This document shows positions 16,779 through 28,000 of a stretch of DNA of 64,000 bases, piece after piece. Under the pieces are notes generated by a model. That model had not been told where the DNA came from and did not search any database. It saw nothing but the letters and a program-made list of their open reading frames with translations. The stretch is from a bacterium. Its GTDB lineage: Bacteria; Patescibacteriota; Patescibacteriia; UBA1558; UBA10009. A program made the translations under genes and the position numbers. The stretch is from assembly GCA_018672055.1 (NCBI GenBank), contig JABHGM010000001.1, positions 736,977 through 800,976 of the forward strand, written 5' to 3'. Each line of letters starts with the position of its first letter. The stretch's first letter is position 1.

Positions 16779-17866
16779 GCTTCTACTTGTAAATTTAATA
16801 ATTCATCTTCTGTTGGTAACTTACTTATCACACTCAAACTGTTAGAAGATATAGTTTGTTCAAGTTCTTTATCCTCTATTATTCTCTCCATAGCTTTAAT
16901 TAGTTCTTCTTCATTATTTGGCTTAATAATTAAACCATTTTCTTCGTTTTTAACGATTTCTCCGGCTAAACCAACATCAGTCATAATAATAGGCAAACCA
17001 GCTGCTAAAGCCTCAATAACGGTTAAATTATAGCCCTCAGAGTAAGATGTAACCACATAAAGGTTAGCTGAATTATAATATGGGGCTAAATCTGTCTGCC
17101 AGCCCTCAAAATATACTTTATCCTCTATTTTTAAATCAGTTACTAATTGTTTTAATTTATTTTCTTGGCTACCAGTGCCTACCATAACTAAAGCTGAATT
17201 AGAATTATTTAACTTTTTAAATGAGTTAATTAATAATTCATAATTCTTTTCAGCTTCAAATCTACCTACTGTTAGAATAATATATTTATTATTAAACTTA
17301 TCTCTTAAATGGTTTTCGTTCGGCTTATTAAATTCATCTAAATCTACATATATGGGAGCAATGGTTATTCTCTTATAATCTATTTTAAACTTTTTTAAGC
17401 TAGTAGCTATTCTTTTACTTACCACTCTTATGGAACCGGCACTAGGTAGAGTTTTTTTAGCAAGTCTCATTCTTATTTTATTCTTTAAGCTTTTTTCTAA
17501 CCAATAATTTGTAGAAAAGAAATCGCCATGTATTTGAATATTTAAACCTATTTTAAATTTCTTTTTAAGCTTTAAACCTACCCAAGCTGTTTCAAAAGGA
17601 TCTTGTGTAGTTACTAAGTCATACTTATTTAATTTATAAAGTTTTTTTGAAAGCTTTAAAGCATGAGATGGATAAAATAATTTATTATTTGTCTTAGTTG
17701 AATGTACGAAAATATTATCTGCTAGTTTTAAATTATTTACTTTCTGTTTACTATACACAACTATATCTAAACGTTCTACTAAACCTGCATATTTTTTAAT
17801 ACGCTTTGCTACTCTAGAATCTAAATTTAAAATAGCTTCATCTAAGCTAAGCATTAATACTTTCAT
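16760..17866 (-). CDS. Glycosyltransferase, GT4 family.
   Basis: TSYSEGYNLTVIEALAAGLPIIMTDVGLAGEIV motif. Confidence 0.7.
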   Translation of the reverse strand: MKVLMLSLDEAILNLDSRVAKRIKKYAGLVERLDIVVYSKQKVNNLKLADNIFVHSTKTNNKLFYPSHALKLSKKLYKLNKYDLVTTQDPFETAWVGLKLKKKFKIGLNIQIHGDFFSTNYWLEKSLKNKIRMRLAKKTLPSAGSIRVVSKRIATSLKKFKIDYKRITIAPIYVDLDEFNKPNENHLRDKFNNKYIILTVGRFEAEKNYELLINSFKKLNNSNSALVMVGTGSQENKLKQLVTDLKIEDKVYFEGWQTDLAPYYNSANLYVVTSYSEGYNLTVIEALAAGLPIIMTDVGLAGEIVKNEENGLIIKPNNEEELIKAMERIIEDKELEQTISSNSLSVISKLPTEDELLNLQVEAWQKAI

Positions 17867-18996
17867 ATATTTTTTAATATTTTATTTGTTTCTTCTACCA
17901 TATTATTAAAAGTAAACTTATTTAATACTTCTTTACCTTTTTCTATAAACTCAGCTTGTTTACTAGGATCACTTAAAAGAGAATCTATTTTTGTAAATAT
18001 CTCTTCTTTATTATTATATTCTACTAAGTAACCATTTATATTATCTTCTATTACCTCTGGGTTACCACCCATACGACTAGCAATAATTGGAACACTAGAA
18101 GCTAGAGCTTCAAGTAAAACATGAGGCAGACCTTCGTATCCACTATTTAAAAGAAATATAGAAGCTTGGGCATAATAATCTCCTACTTTGTCGTGATCTA
18201 CTTGTCCGACTAATTTAACAGAGTTCTCTAAATTTAATTTATTTATTAAATTATTTAAATTATTTTTTAGAGGACCGTCGCCAACTATGTTAAATAATAT
18301 ATCAGGATACTTATCTTTTAACTTAGGTATTACTTCTATAATAGCTTCTAAGCCTTTCCAGTTAGTTAAACGCCCTACATAGAGTAAATTGTTTTTTTCT
18401 TTTTCTAAATTATTAGTATTTAAAGATTCAAATGAATTATATACTACTTGTATACTATTATCTGGTACTTCCCATTTAGAAATAATAGATTTAAGGTATT
18501 TACTGGGTGTTATTATTGTATTTACGTTTTTTGCTATATAGTGCTCTATATATTTTAATACTTCTATATTAAATGAATACTTTTTATCTTGAAAATCATC
18601 TAATAGCTCTGGTATATCATATTCATTCTTTGCTCGTTCCCAAGCAACGTCACCGACTACTTTAACTACTACTTTAATATTTAAAAACCATTTAACTAAA
18701 ATAGCTGGTATGCCTGAGGCGAATAATCCTTGAGCGTAAATTAAATCAGCTTTTTTTGCTAAATGGTGTAGTTGTCTAAAATAATTAAAGTATTTAAATA
18801 ATATATTAGTTTGTCTTGGTATTTTAAATACCTTATAACCATCAATATTTTCTAAAGTACTTTCCTCTACATCAGCATAAGTTACAACTTGTACTTCATT
18901 GCCTAATTTTAAAAGCTCTGGAACAATACGTGTTACATAGGTTGCTGGACCACCTGGATCTGGTGGAAATATTTCTGAAGCAATTATTATTCTCAT
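17863..18996 (-). CDS. Glycosyltransferase, GT4 family.
   Basis: SGYEGLPHVLLEALASSVPIIASRMGGNPEVIED motif. Confidence 0.7.
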   Translation of the reverse strand: MRIIIASEIFPPDPGGPATYVTRIVPELLKLGNEVQVVTYADVEESTLENIDGYKVFKIPRQTNILFKYFNYFRQLHHLAKKADLIYAQGLFASGIPAILVKWFLNIKVVVKVVGDVAWERAKNEYDIPELLDDFQDKKYSFNIEVLKYIEHYIAKNVNTIITPSKYLKSIISKWEVPDNSIQVVYNSFESLNTNNLEKEKNNLLYVGRLTNWKGLEAIIEVIPKLKDKYPDILFNIVGDGPLKNNLNNLINKLNLENSVKLVGQVDHDKVGDYYAQASIFLLNSGYEGLPHVLLEALASSVPIIASRMGGNPEVIEDNINGYLVEYNNKEEIFTKIDSLLSDPSKQAEFIEKGKEVLNKFTFNNMVEETNKILKNI

Positions 18997-20732
18997 AATG
19001 ATAAATATTTTTTACCTAGTTTCTTAGCTTCTTCTTTATTATAGAATCTTTTAACATCAAATAGGATTGGTTTTTCATTCATAAAAGATTTTAATTTTTC
19101 TAAGGTTAGCTCCTTAAATTCTTTATGTGGAGAAAATACTATAATAGCATCTAAATTATTTAATTCATCTATTGTATTATTCTTTTGTCCAAAGAAACTA
19201 CTAATAAATTCTGGGTTAGCTATTGGATCATGAATTAATACTTCTACATTATTTCTTTTTAATTCAACTAATAATTCTTTAGCCTTACTATTTCTTAAAT
19301 CAGGTACATCTTCTTTAAAGGTTAAACCTAGTATTAATACTCTAGACTTACTTAATTCTTTACCAGCTTCTTTTAAGCTTTCCATTACTTGGTTAGCAAC
19401 ATATGTAGGCATGTAATCATTTACTTCTCTACCCATTAAGATGAACTTTGGATTTAAACCAGATTCTATTGATCTATTTGTTAAATAATATGGATCTACG
19501 CTAATACAATGCCCACCAACTAGTCCCGGTGAATATTTAACAAAGTTCCATTTAGTATCTGCTGCTTCAATTACTTCTTTAGTATCAATATCTAATTTAT
19601 TAAAAATCATAGATATTTCATTCATTAAAGCAATATTTGAATCTCTTTGTACATTCTCTAATATTTTAGTAGCTTCTGCTGCTTTAATAGAAGAAACTGG
19701 ATGAACCCCTGCAGTTATTACTGAACTATACATCTTGGAAATAGTATCTAGAGCTTCTTTATTAGAAGCACTAACTACTTTTATTATTTTATCTAAAGGA
19801 TGTTCAAAGTCACCTGGATTAATACGTTCTGGTGAGTAACCGACTGAAAAATCTTGATTAAACTTAAGACCTGATTCATTTTCTAAAATTGGAATACATA
19901 TTTCTTCTGTACAACCTGGGTAAACAGTACTTTCGTATGTAACAATAGAACCTTTTCTTAAATTTCTACCTACTATACGACTAGCATCTTTTAAGAAAGT
20001 AAGGTCTGGATTTTTATGCTCATCAATAGGTGTTGGTACTGCTACTATAATAATATTCGATTCTTTTATTATGTTAGGATCAAAACTATACTTAATACCA
20101 TATTGTTTTAAATCTTTTATTTCATTTGTTCTATCGTGCCCATTATTTAATTCTTCAATCTTTTTTTCATCAACATCAAAACCAGATACTTCATATTCTT
20201 TAGATAATAAACAAGCTAGTGGTAAACCAACGTAGCCTAGACCTACAATACATATTTTATTATCCATATTCTTTTTATTATGTTTAAATGTTAAATTTTT
20301 GTTACCAAGAAAATTCCATATCATATTTGCTAATGAACTAAATACACGAGCCCAGATATACCACATAGCAAAATATTCTACTAAGAAATATAGGATGGTA
20401 TTATTTATTAATAGACCAATACCAACTACTAAAAAAAATATACTTATTTGTCTTATAAATCTTGGATCTTGACTATTAAATGTCCATTTTCTATTTAAAA
20501 AGTAATTTGTTAAAGCAGCTAGAACAAAAGATATAACTCCAGAGTACAGATACCAAATACCTAAATACTCAGTTAAAGTATATAGGAAAAAGAAATCTAC
20601 TATAGTAGCTAATACACCAACTAAACAATATCTAAAAAAAATATCCCAACTTTTACAACTAATATTTACTTTAATTTTTATTGATATTTTCTCTGCTATT
20701 TGTGAAAAAAATACAATTATTTTATCTATCAT
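18993..20732 (-). CDS. Fusion protein: GtrA-like membrane domain plus a nucleotide-sugar 6-dehydrogenase of the TviB/WbpA/WecC-like clade.
   Basis: N-terminus has 4 TM with LVGVLATIVDFFFLY...NRKWTF (GtrA family). Then Rossmann KICIVGLGYVGLPLA and catalytic GGHCISVDPYYL. Confidence 0.65.
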   Translation of the reverse strand: MIDKIIVFFSQIAEKISIKIKVNISCKSWDIFFRYCLVGVLATIVDFFFLYTLTEYLGIWYLYSGVISFVLAALTNYFLNRKWTFNSQDPRFIRQISIFFLVVGIGLLINNTILYFLVEYFAMWYIWARVFSSLANMIWNFLGNKNLTFKHNKKNMDNKICIVGLGYVGLPLACLLSKEYEVSGFDVDEKKIEELNNGHDRTNEIKDLKQYGIKYSFDPNIIKESNIIIVAVPTPIDEHKNPDLTFLKDASRIVGRNLRKGSIVTYESTVYPGCTEEICIPILENESGLKFNQDFSVGYSPERINPGDFEHPLDKIIKVVSASNKEALDTISKMYSSVITAGVHPVSSIKAAEATKILENVQRDSNIALMNEISMIFNKLDIDTKEVIEAADTKWNFVKYSPGLVGGHCISVDPYYLTNRSIESGLNPKFILMGREVNDYMPTYVANQVMESLKEAGKELSKSRVLILGLTFKEDVPDLRNSKAKELLVELKRNNVEVLIHDPIANPEFISSFFGQKNNTIDELNNLDAIIVFSPHKEFKELTLEKLKSFMNEKPILFDVKRFYNKEEAKKLGKKYLSL

Positions 20733-20819
20733 GTAATTTTAGAGCTTGATTAAATTAAAAAAAAATTATACTCTGTTATTATAGTTAAAAACACCTATTT
20801 AAGTCAATATACATAAAAA

Positions 20820-21974
20820 ATGGAAAATAAGCAAAAAATAATATATTTAATTACCAAGTCTGAGTGGGGCGGAGCTCAGAAGTATATTTTTAATTTAGCA
20901 ACTAACTTAGATAAGGATAAGTATGATGTTTTAGTTTTAGCTGGTGAAGGTAATGATGAATTATTTAATAGGTTAAAAGAAAGTGAAGTAGATTATATTA
21001 AACTAGATAGTTTGAAAAGAGCAATTAGTTTAAAACAAGATTTTAAAGCTTTTAATGAGATATATAAAATTCTTAAAAAAGAAAAGCCAGATGTTATACA
21101 TTTAAATAGCTCTAAGATAAGTATTCTTGGTTCACTGGCTGCTAAAAGATATAATACATTTAGAAGAGATAAAGCAAAAGTAATCTATACTGTCCATGGT
21201 TGGGTATTTAATGAACCATTATCCCCTTTTAAACAAAGAATGTATTTCTACTTAGAAAAATGGACTAGCAGATTTAAAGATATAATAATATGTGTTTCTG
21301 AGCTTGATAAACAAATAGCTACGGCTGCTAATATAGCTTTAGAGGATAAGTTAGTTACTATCCATAATGGAATTGATTTAAAGAATTTAAAATTCTTAAA
21401 TACGAAGCTTGCTAAACAAATATTACTTCAGAATATAAAACGTGATGGTAAGTTTACTATAATCGGAACTATTGCAAATTTATATAAAACAAAAGGATTA
21501 AATAGTTTAATTCAAGCTGCCGGAACTCTTGTAAAGCATAATAATAATCTATTATTTATAGTAATTGGTGAAGGCCCTGAAAGAAAAAACTTAGAAAATT
21601 TAATTAAAGAATATAATCTAGAAAAGAATTTCTATTTAACTGGTAATATAGATAAAGCATATACACTACTAAAAGGTTTTGATATATTTGTACTACCTTC
21701 AGTTAAAGAAGGTTGGCCATACACTATTTTAGAAGCCCTAGCTGCTGAAGTACCAATTATTGCTACTAAGGTAGGTGGTATACCTGAGATTATAAATGAT
21801 TTAAGTAATGGTATTTTAATTAAACCAGGAAGTTATAAAAATATAGCATATGCTATAGCTGAGATAATTGATAATCCTGTTTTAAAAAAAGATTTTAAGA
21901 AAAACTCTCTACTCTCAGTTTCAAAATATAATTTAGAAGACTTTTTACAACAAACATATAATATATATAAATAG
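20820..21974 (+). CDS. Glycosyltransferase, GT4 family (the only plus-strand gene in the cluster).
   Basis: EGWPYTILEALAAEVPIIATKVGGIPEII motif. Confidence 0.7.
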   Translation: MENKQKIIYLITKSEWGGAQKYIFNLATNLDKDKYDVLVLAGEGNDELFNRLKESEVDYIKLDSLKRAISLKQDFKAFNEIYKILKKEKPDVIHLNSSKISILGSLAAKRYNTFRRDKAKVIYTVHGWVFNEPLSPFKQRMYFYLEKWTSRFKDIIICVSELDKQIATAANIALEDKLVTIHNGIDLKNLKFLNTKLAKQILLQNIKRDGKFTIIGTIANLYKTKGLNSLIQAAGTLVKHNNNLLFIVIGEGPERKNLENLIKEYNLEKNFYLTGNIDKAYTLLKGFDIFVLPSVKEGWPYTILEALAAEVPIIATKVGGIPEIINDLSNGILIKPGSYKNIAYAIAEIIDNPVLKKDFKKNSLLSVSKYNLEDFLQQTYNIYK

Positions 21975-21980
21975 GTAAAC

Positions 21981-22013
21981 AAAAAACTCAAGTTATTAAA
22001 CTTGAGTTTTTTT
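21981..22013. terminator. Bidirectional intrinsic terminator between the convergent GT4 and TPR genes.
   Basis: AAAAACTCAAGTtattaaACTTGAGTTTTTTT. Confidence 0.5.
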
Positions 22014-22020
22014 ATATATT

Positions 22021-22710
22021 CTATTGTCCTAATAATCCTCTAACCTCTTCTATTTCTAAATTAACTAGATCTTTCATTTCTTGTTCTGGTGCATGCTCTA
22101 CAAATAACTGTAAATATTCTAAAGCCTTTTCATTATTAGCCATTTCTCTTAAATATGAAGAGTAGAAATAAATTAATTGATAATCATTATTTGTTTTTAC
22201 AATACCTTCTTCAAATATATCCATTACCCTCTGAGTATTATTATAGTCTTGTGCTTTATATACTTTAGCTAAATTAAAATATACTAAGTAGTATGTATCA
22301 CTTAAAGATCTGGCTACTTCAAAAGATGCAATGGTTTCGTCATACATAGCTAATCTATAATAGACATTACCTATATTTAACCAAGGTGTACTATTGGTTG
22401 GAATTAATTCGGATGCTTGTTTAAAATATTCTATAGCTTGTGTAGCATTACCTAATTCTCTTTCAATATTTCCTAAATCTAAATATGAGGTATAGTTACC
22501 TGGAAATAATTCTAAATCACTTAAATTCTTATCTCTTCTGTCCTCAAAATCTTTTCTAGCTTCTTCAGACATATTAACTTCTAGGAATAAGCCTTGTTCT
22601 GTATTATTAACGATATCAAAATTATTTTTAGTAAAATAAAATACTGCTAATACTATAATAATTAGTATTACTATAATATAAAATAATTTATTATTGATCT
22701 TGTTCATCAT
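22021..22710 (-). CDS. TPR-repeat protein with an N-terminal membrane anchor.
   Basis: N-terminal TM (LFYIIVILIIIVLAVFYF) followed by TPR-like A/Y/L periodicity. Confidence 0.5.
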   Translation of the reverse strand: MMNKINNKLFYIIVILIIIVLAVFYFTKNNFDIVNNTEQGLFLEVNMSEEARKDFEDRRDKNLSDLELFPGNYTSYLDLGNIERELGNATQAIEYFKQASELIPTNSTPWLNIGNVYYRLAMYDETIASFEVARSLSDTYYLVYFNLAKVYKAQDYNNTQRVMDIFEEGIVKTNNDYQLIYFYSSYLREMANNEKALEYLQLFVEHAPEQEMKDLVNLEIEEVRGLLGQ

Positions 22711-24982
22711 ATTGATTTTTTATTAATTGTTCTATTTCTTTATATGACTGTAAAGCATTGTAACTATAGCCTGGGTTAATTTTAGATGCTTGTTTTAAAA
22801 TTACTAAAGCTTCTTCATATTGTAAATCCATAACATATAAGCCAACTAAATTATTCCAATGATTTAAATCGGTTGGATCAATCTCAGTTAAAATCGTAAC
22901 TACATTAATTAATTGTTCAACATCTTGTCTTTCATCAAAATAATTTAATAGTTCAAATATATCATTATTTGAAAACGGATAATTATGTTCCATCATTTTT
23001 TTATACATCTCTCCTTGACCATCTACATTACCTTGAGCCTTATAAATAATTGATTTATAGTAATAATTTTGAGCTGTTCCCTCATTAATATTTATAGCTA
23101 TATCTATATTCTCTATAGCTAAATCATATTGCTCATTTAAAAGATACATTTGTGCAATTACCCAATATGGTCTAATTCTATTAGCAGCATATTCTTTAGA
23201 TTCAACAGCAAAGTAAAGGCCCTTGTCAAAATATTCCATATCACCTGTTAATTCAAAAAGATGAGAATAATTTTTAGACTGAATATAATAAAGATACATA
23301 TTAGATGAATCTAAATCTAAAGCTCTATCCATTAAACTAGCAGCTATTTTAAAATTACTAATCTTTGTTTCTGGAGATGCAAAAAAGTTTTGATTATAAA
23401 ATGATTCATCTAAAGCACTAGAAAATAAATGAGCTGGATCTATCTTATTAACTGCTACATCTGCTGCTTGCTTATAATGTTCAACCATTGTTTCGTAATC
23501 AACTCTACCCTTGTCTCTAAATGTTTCAAATATTGAATTATTTGCTTTAACTTCTACTAAATTAATACTAAAGAATAACCAAGTAAAACTAATTATAACT
23601 AAAGGTATTGTTAAAATAGGTCTGGCTAATACCTTAGACTCATTTAAAGACTCATTATTATCTTGAATATACAAACTATAAACAAAGGCAAGTAGTAAAT
23701 AGAATAAGATTAAACTATTTAAAGAATCAAAGACAAATAAATTTTGAATAAAGTATGTTATAAATAATAAGCTAAGTATAATAAATGAAGAATCTGAAAG
23801 TAATTTCCTTTTAAGTAAATTAATTAAATAATAAAATAATGCAATAAAAATTGATAGATAACTAAGCAAACCAAATATACCCATCATTACACCAATGTCA
23901 ATTACTGTATTATGTGATCTATCAAACCAAACTTCATCACCAGTATAATCATAAAATTCAGGATTAATATATTCATTAAAAACATTTTGAAAATTTTCAG
24001 AGCCAACACCTAATAATAAATTATCTTTAAAGCCTTCATAACCTGCTTGCCAAGAAAGAAGTCTAGTTTGTACTGTATTATCTTCTAAAGAATAATTAGT
24101 AAGTCTATTTAAAAAATAATTATCTTTTATAAATGAATTGCTTCTTAAAGCAAATAATGATGAGCCTAGTAGAACTAATATACTTACACCTATTAACATG
24201 TACTTAATTCCTTTATTATTTCTCCATAACTTTAAAACTAAACTAAATATAATGAAAATAATAAGAGAAATAAATAAAGCTAGCTGAGCACCACGAGTAG
24301 CTGCTAAAAATATATTAATTAAAACTAAAACAAATGAAATAATATAAAATATTTTGTATTTAATATCTTTTACTTTAAATAAGTATAATAAAGATATAAA
24401 TAAGTGAAATATTAAATAACTAGATAATAAAGAAGCATTACCAATAGTACTTTTAACTCTGTCTATACCTGCTTCAAATACAAAATTTAAACCTAACATC
24501 TGGGCTATACCATATAAACAAATAACTATAGATGTTACTAATGAAAAATCTAATATCCTCTTCCAAGCTATTTGGGTTTTAAATACTGATATTAAAATTA
24601 AAAACCAAACAAAATAATGGAGATAATTAAATGTACCCATCATTCTTTCCCAATTACCCCACCAACTTCTAGCAATGCTATCTCCAGTAAAAGTAGTTAC
24701 TAACATAACAACAAAGAAAGCTATTAAACTCCATAATAAGAATGATTTTTTAGGTAAATATTTTCTATTAAATAATACTAATACTAAATAAATACCAAAC
24801 AGTAATTCAATAACTATCCTTAAGAGGATAGTCTTTTGAATAACGTATGGAAAATATGATTGAGGTATAAAAATTGCAGGTATAAAAACAATAAAATAAC
24901 TACCCCAAATAAGTAATTTTTTAAGTATATTTTCTAGTTTTAAGCTATTATTTTCTAGCATAAGTATTAATATAAGATACAC
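22691..24982 (-). CDS. Wzy_C/O-antigen-ligase-like polytopic membrane protein fused to C-terminal TPR repeats. Candidate O-oligosaccharyltransferase or polymerase.
   Basis: At least 10 TM. LAATRGAQLALFISL loop typical of Wzy_C/O-antigen ligase. C-terminal ~300 aa is TPR-like. Confidence 0.55.
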   Translation of the reverse strand: MYLILILMLENNSLKLENILKKLLIWGSYFIVFIPAIFIPQSYFPYVIQKTILLRIVIELLFGIYLVLVLFNRKYLPKKSFLLWSLIAFFVVMLVTTFTGDSIARSWWGNWERMMGTFNYLHYFVWFLILISVFKTQIAWKRILDFSLVTSIVICLYGIAQMLGLNFVFEAGIDRVKSTIGNASLLSSYLIFHLFISLLYLFKVKDIKYKIFYIISFVLVLINIFLAATRGAQLALFISLIIFIIFSLVLKLWRNNKGIKYMLIGVSILVLLGSSLFALRSNSFIKDNYFLNRLTNYSLEDNTVQTRLLSWQAGYEGFKDNLLLGVGSENFQNVFNEYINPEFYDYTGDEVWFDRSHNTVIDIGVMMGIFGLLSYLSIFIALFYYLINLLKRKLLSDSSFIILSLLFITYFIQNLFVFDSLNSLILFYLLLAFVYSLYIQDNNESLNESKVLARPILTIPLVIISFTWLFFSINLVEVKANNSIFETFRDKGRVDYETMVEHYKQAADVAVNKIDPAHLFSSALDESFYNQNFFASPETKISNFKIAASLMDRALDLDSSNMYLYYIQSKNYSHLFELTGDMEYFDKGLYFAVESKEYAANRIRPYWVIAQMYLLNEQYDLAIENIDIAININEGTAQNYYYKSIIYKAQGNVDGQGEMYKKMMEHNYPFSNNDIFELLNYFDERQDVEQLINVVTILTEIDPTDLNHWNNLVGLYVMDLQYEEALVILKQASKINPGYSYNALQSYKEIEQLIKNQYDEQDQ

Positions 24983-25004
24983 TATTATTATATATTATTC
25001 AAGC

Positions 25005-25036
25005 AACTCAAAACCCCCTGCCAAAAGGCAGGGGGT
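25005..25036 (-). terminator. Strong GC hairpin terminator after the surface-protein gene.
   Basis: CCCCCTGCCaaaaGGCAGGGGG followed by a T-run on the minus strand. Confidence 0.6.
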
Positions 25037-25075
25037 TTATTATTTCAACAGTATCTTGTAATTAAGTAATAGCTA

Positions 25076-28000
25076 TTAGTTAAGTACTCTAGTAACGTCT
25101 AAAGTCTTAATCTTATAACCATTGTACCAATCAGCTGAACTTGAATCATCAGCAGTAATATCGGCATGGGTATTATTACCATTAGTACCGGTATTATCTG
25201 ACCAAATCATATAAGCTGCAGCATCAGTAGTACCACTAGCATCATCAGTTAAACAGAATTTGCCAGGTACACCACTAACACCAGTTGCATCACAATGAGC
25301 TGTGATGTAATTATAGGCTGTGGTTGAAGAATCACCATCATTCAAGTACATACTAATAGAGTCACTACTGGAAGCTCCAGTATTAACATTACCAGCTGTT
25401 GCTTTTAAGATGAAATACTTACTAGAACCAGCACTGATTAATCTATCATCATTAAAGACAACGATTACATCATGAGAAGTTGAAGAAGTATTACCAGCAT
25501 AGTTTTGATAAACAACACCAGTTGAAGCACTTAATTTACCACCTGTACCAGTACCATTAGCAGTTGTAGTTGTTACACCATAACCGTTATAGACTTGGTA
25601 ACCATCAGTTGCAGTATCACTTTGTGTTAAGACAGTAGCAGCACTATAACTTGAACCTTCATAAACTTGGAAGTTTGTAAGACTCAAGGTAGATGTAGTT
25701 TGAACTGAATCAGTAAGACTTAACTTAAATGATAATTTCTTCAAGCTTAATGCAGTACCACCTTCAGGAGCGCTAACTTGGAATCTGTATAATTCGGCAG
25801 GACCATTAATTAAACTTGCATTTGTAGTATTATCAGCAGTAAATGTTGGTACTGTACCCATTACAGTCATAACGCTACCAGCTCTATCAGTTGTATCAGA
25901 TGGAGCAGTTAGGCTAGTACTTCCAGAATCAGCACTCTTAGCTTCAAAGTTAGCATCACTATCAAAGTTAGCATAAATTTCATCACCAGAATAAGTAGCA
26001 TTAGTTTGATTGATAGCAGGAATATTGAAGTATACATTCATTATTCTATATGTATTAGCTGGGATATAGAATGGATTTGTTGTGATATTGAAGTCAGCGT
26101 TACCACTAATTTCAACATTATTTGCAGTTATAGTTTCACCAGCTTCATTCATGTAACCAATAGTAACTGAATCTACAGCTCTATTACCATCAGCTTGTAA
26201 CTGTTGGATTCTAACCTTATTAAGGTTGAATGCTTCGTTAACAGCTTGAAACTTAAGGTTAAGCATAGGTACATCAGAAGTACCAGCAACTACATTAGCA
26301 ATTGAAGGGTTACTTTCGGTAGTAACATTCAAAGTACCTGCATCAGAAATAAGAACGTAATAAGAACTGGCTACTAATGTAGCAGAACCATTACCATCAG
26401 CAATAGCCCAAGCAGTACCATCATTATCAGTTAAAGTAACATCTGTACCTGTGTCATCATTAATTGATACACCGGCAGCAGTAGCTACATTAATCTTTAC
26501 AGTCTTATTAACTGAACATCCATTTGTATAAGCAGTATTAACTGTATCACCAACAACTCTCATGACATGAGTCTCACCACCTGGAATAGTCCAATTAACA
26601 TTGGAGAAGGTTGCTGCACCTGTAGCAGATGCAAAACTTTCGATGGTTGAATTTAGATTATTAGTCATGTCTGGATCAGCAGTAATATCATACAATGCTA
26701 GAGATGAAATTAGGTTGTTAACAGTTGTATAAACAGCTGCACCACAATCTTGACGTCTTACGACAACATTAGTGGTGTCAGTACCAACATAACCATATAA
26801 AGTTAAGCCAGTTATTGTCATATCTGAACCTGAACCTGCGTTGAAAGCAAATTCACCTAAATTAACATCTTCTGTACCTTGAACTACTGTAACACCAGCA
26901 GCATTACTAGCTAGGGCAATACCTAGAGAAGCAGCTGCTACTGTCATATCATTACCTGTAGTATGAGTAGTAGGGACAATATCAGTAATCCATTGGTTAT
27001 TATCAGTATTCTTAATACCATCAGTTGTATTAATGGTATAAGTACTTCCTGTACTACCTAAAGTAGCATAGTAATTACCGGTTGTACTTAAACTTACGTT
27101 TAAGTCAGCAACTACTTTGAAAGTTCTGGTTTGACCAGCATCAAAATTAAAGTAATCAGTATAGTCATAATAAATACCAGCATCTGATCCACTAATTTCA
27201 GTGAAAGTACCACAATCAACACCTGATGTTGAATCACCATTATCTACGTCAACGATCTTAACGTTAGAAATATAATTACTAGAAGTATCACAAGCAGTAT
27301 CATCATCATCAGTATCTAAGTCAGTAGAATCATTATGTAATTCAAGTCTTAACTTACGTAATTCAGCATTAACACCAGAAGTAATTGAAAAGTTTAATAA
27401 TTCTACTTCTGTACCACCTCTAGCAACAGTTGATGATTGAGGTCCATTTTTAGCAACAGTAATTTGACCACCTTGAACAGTTAAGGTTGTTGTATCAGCA
27501 TCACCACTAACACCATCATAATCACCTGAAGTTACACCAGCACCATAACCATAGAATGAACCTACAGCTAATAGATCGGATGTATTTTCTAAGTAGATCT
27601 TAGTAGTATCACCGTTTCTAGAATCACCACTTATATCACCATAAATCTTAAAAATACGATTTGTATTTTTTTCTAAGATAAATGGACTATCACTTAAATC
27701 AAACACAACTAAACTGTTACTTGTAATACCACTAACAGTACCAAGCAAATCTGCGCCTTGATAAAGCTCTAAATCAGTAATATAAGTACTATTAATACTA
27801 CCAGCTTGATATAGAGTAATTCTACTAATTTCAAGATTTTCAGCAGAACCAGCAGTTAACTTGAATTGAGCAATTTGTGCATTTTGTTGAGCTACAGTTG
27901 GGTTTGCAAGAGTACCATTTTTTGCAATGGTAATTGTACCTGCAACACTTGAACCCAATGTTAATGTGTTACTAACTAATGGAAATGAACCATTAATAGC

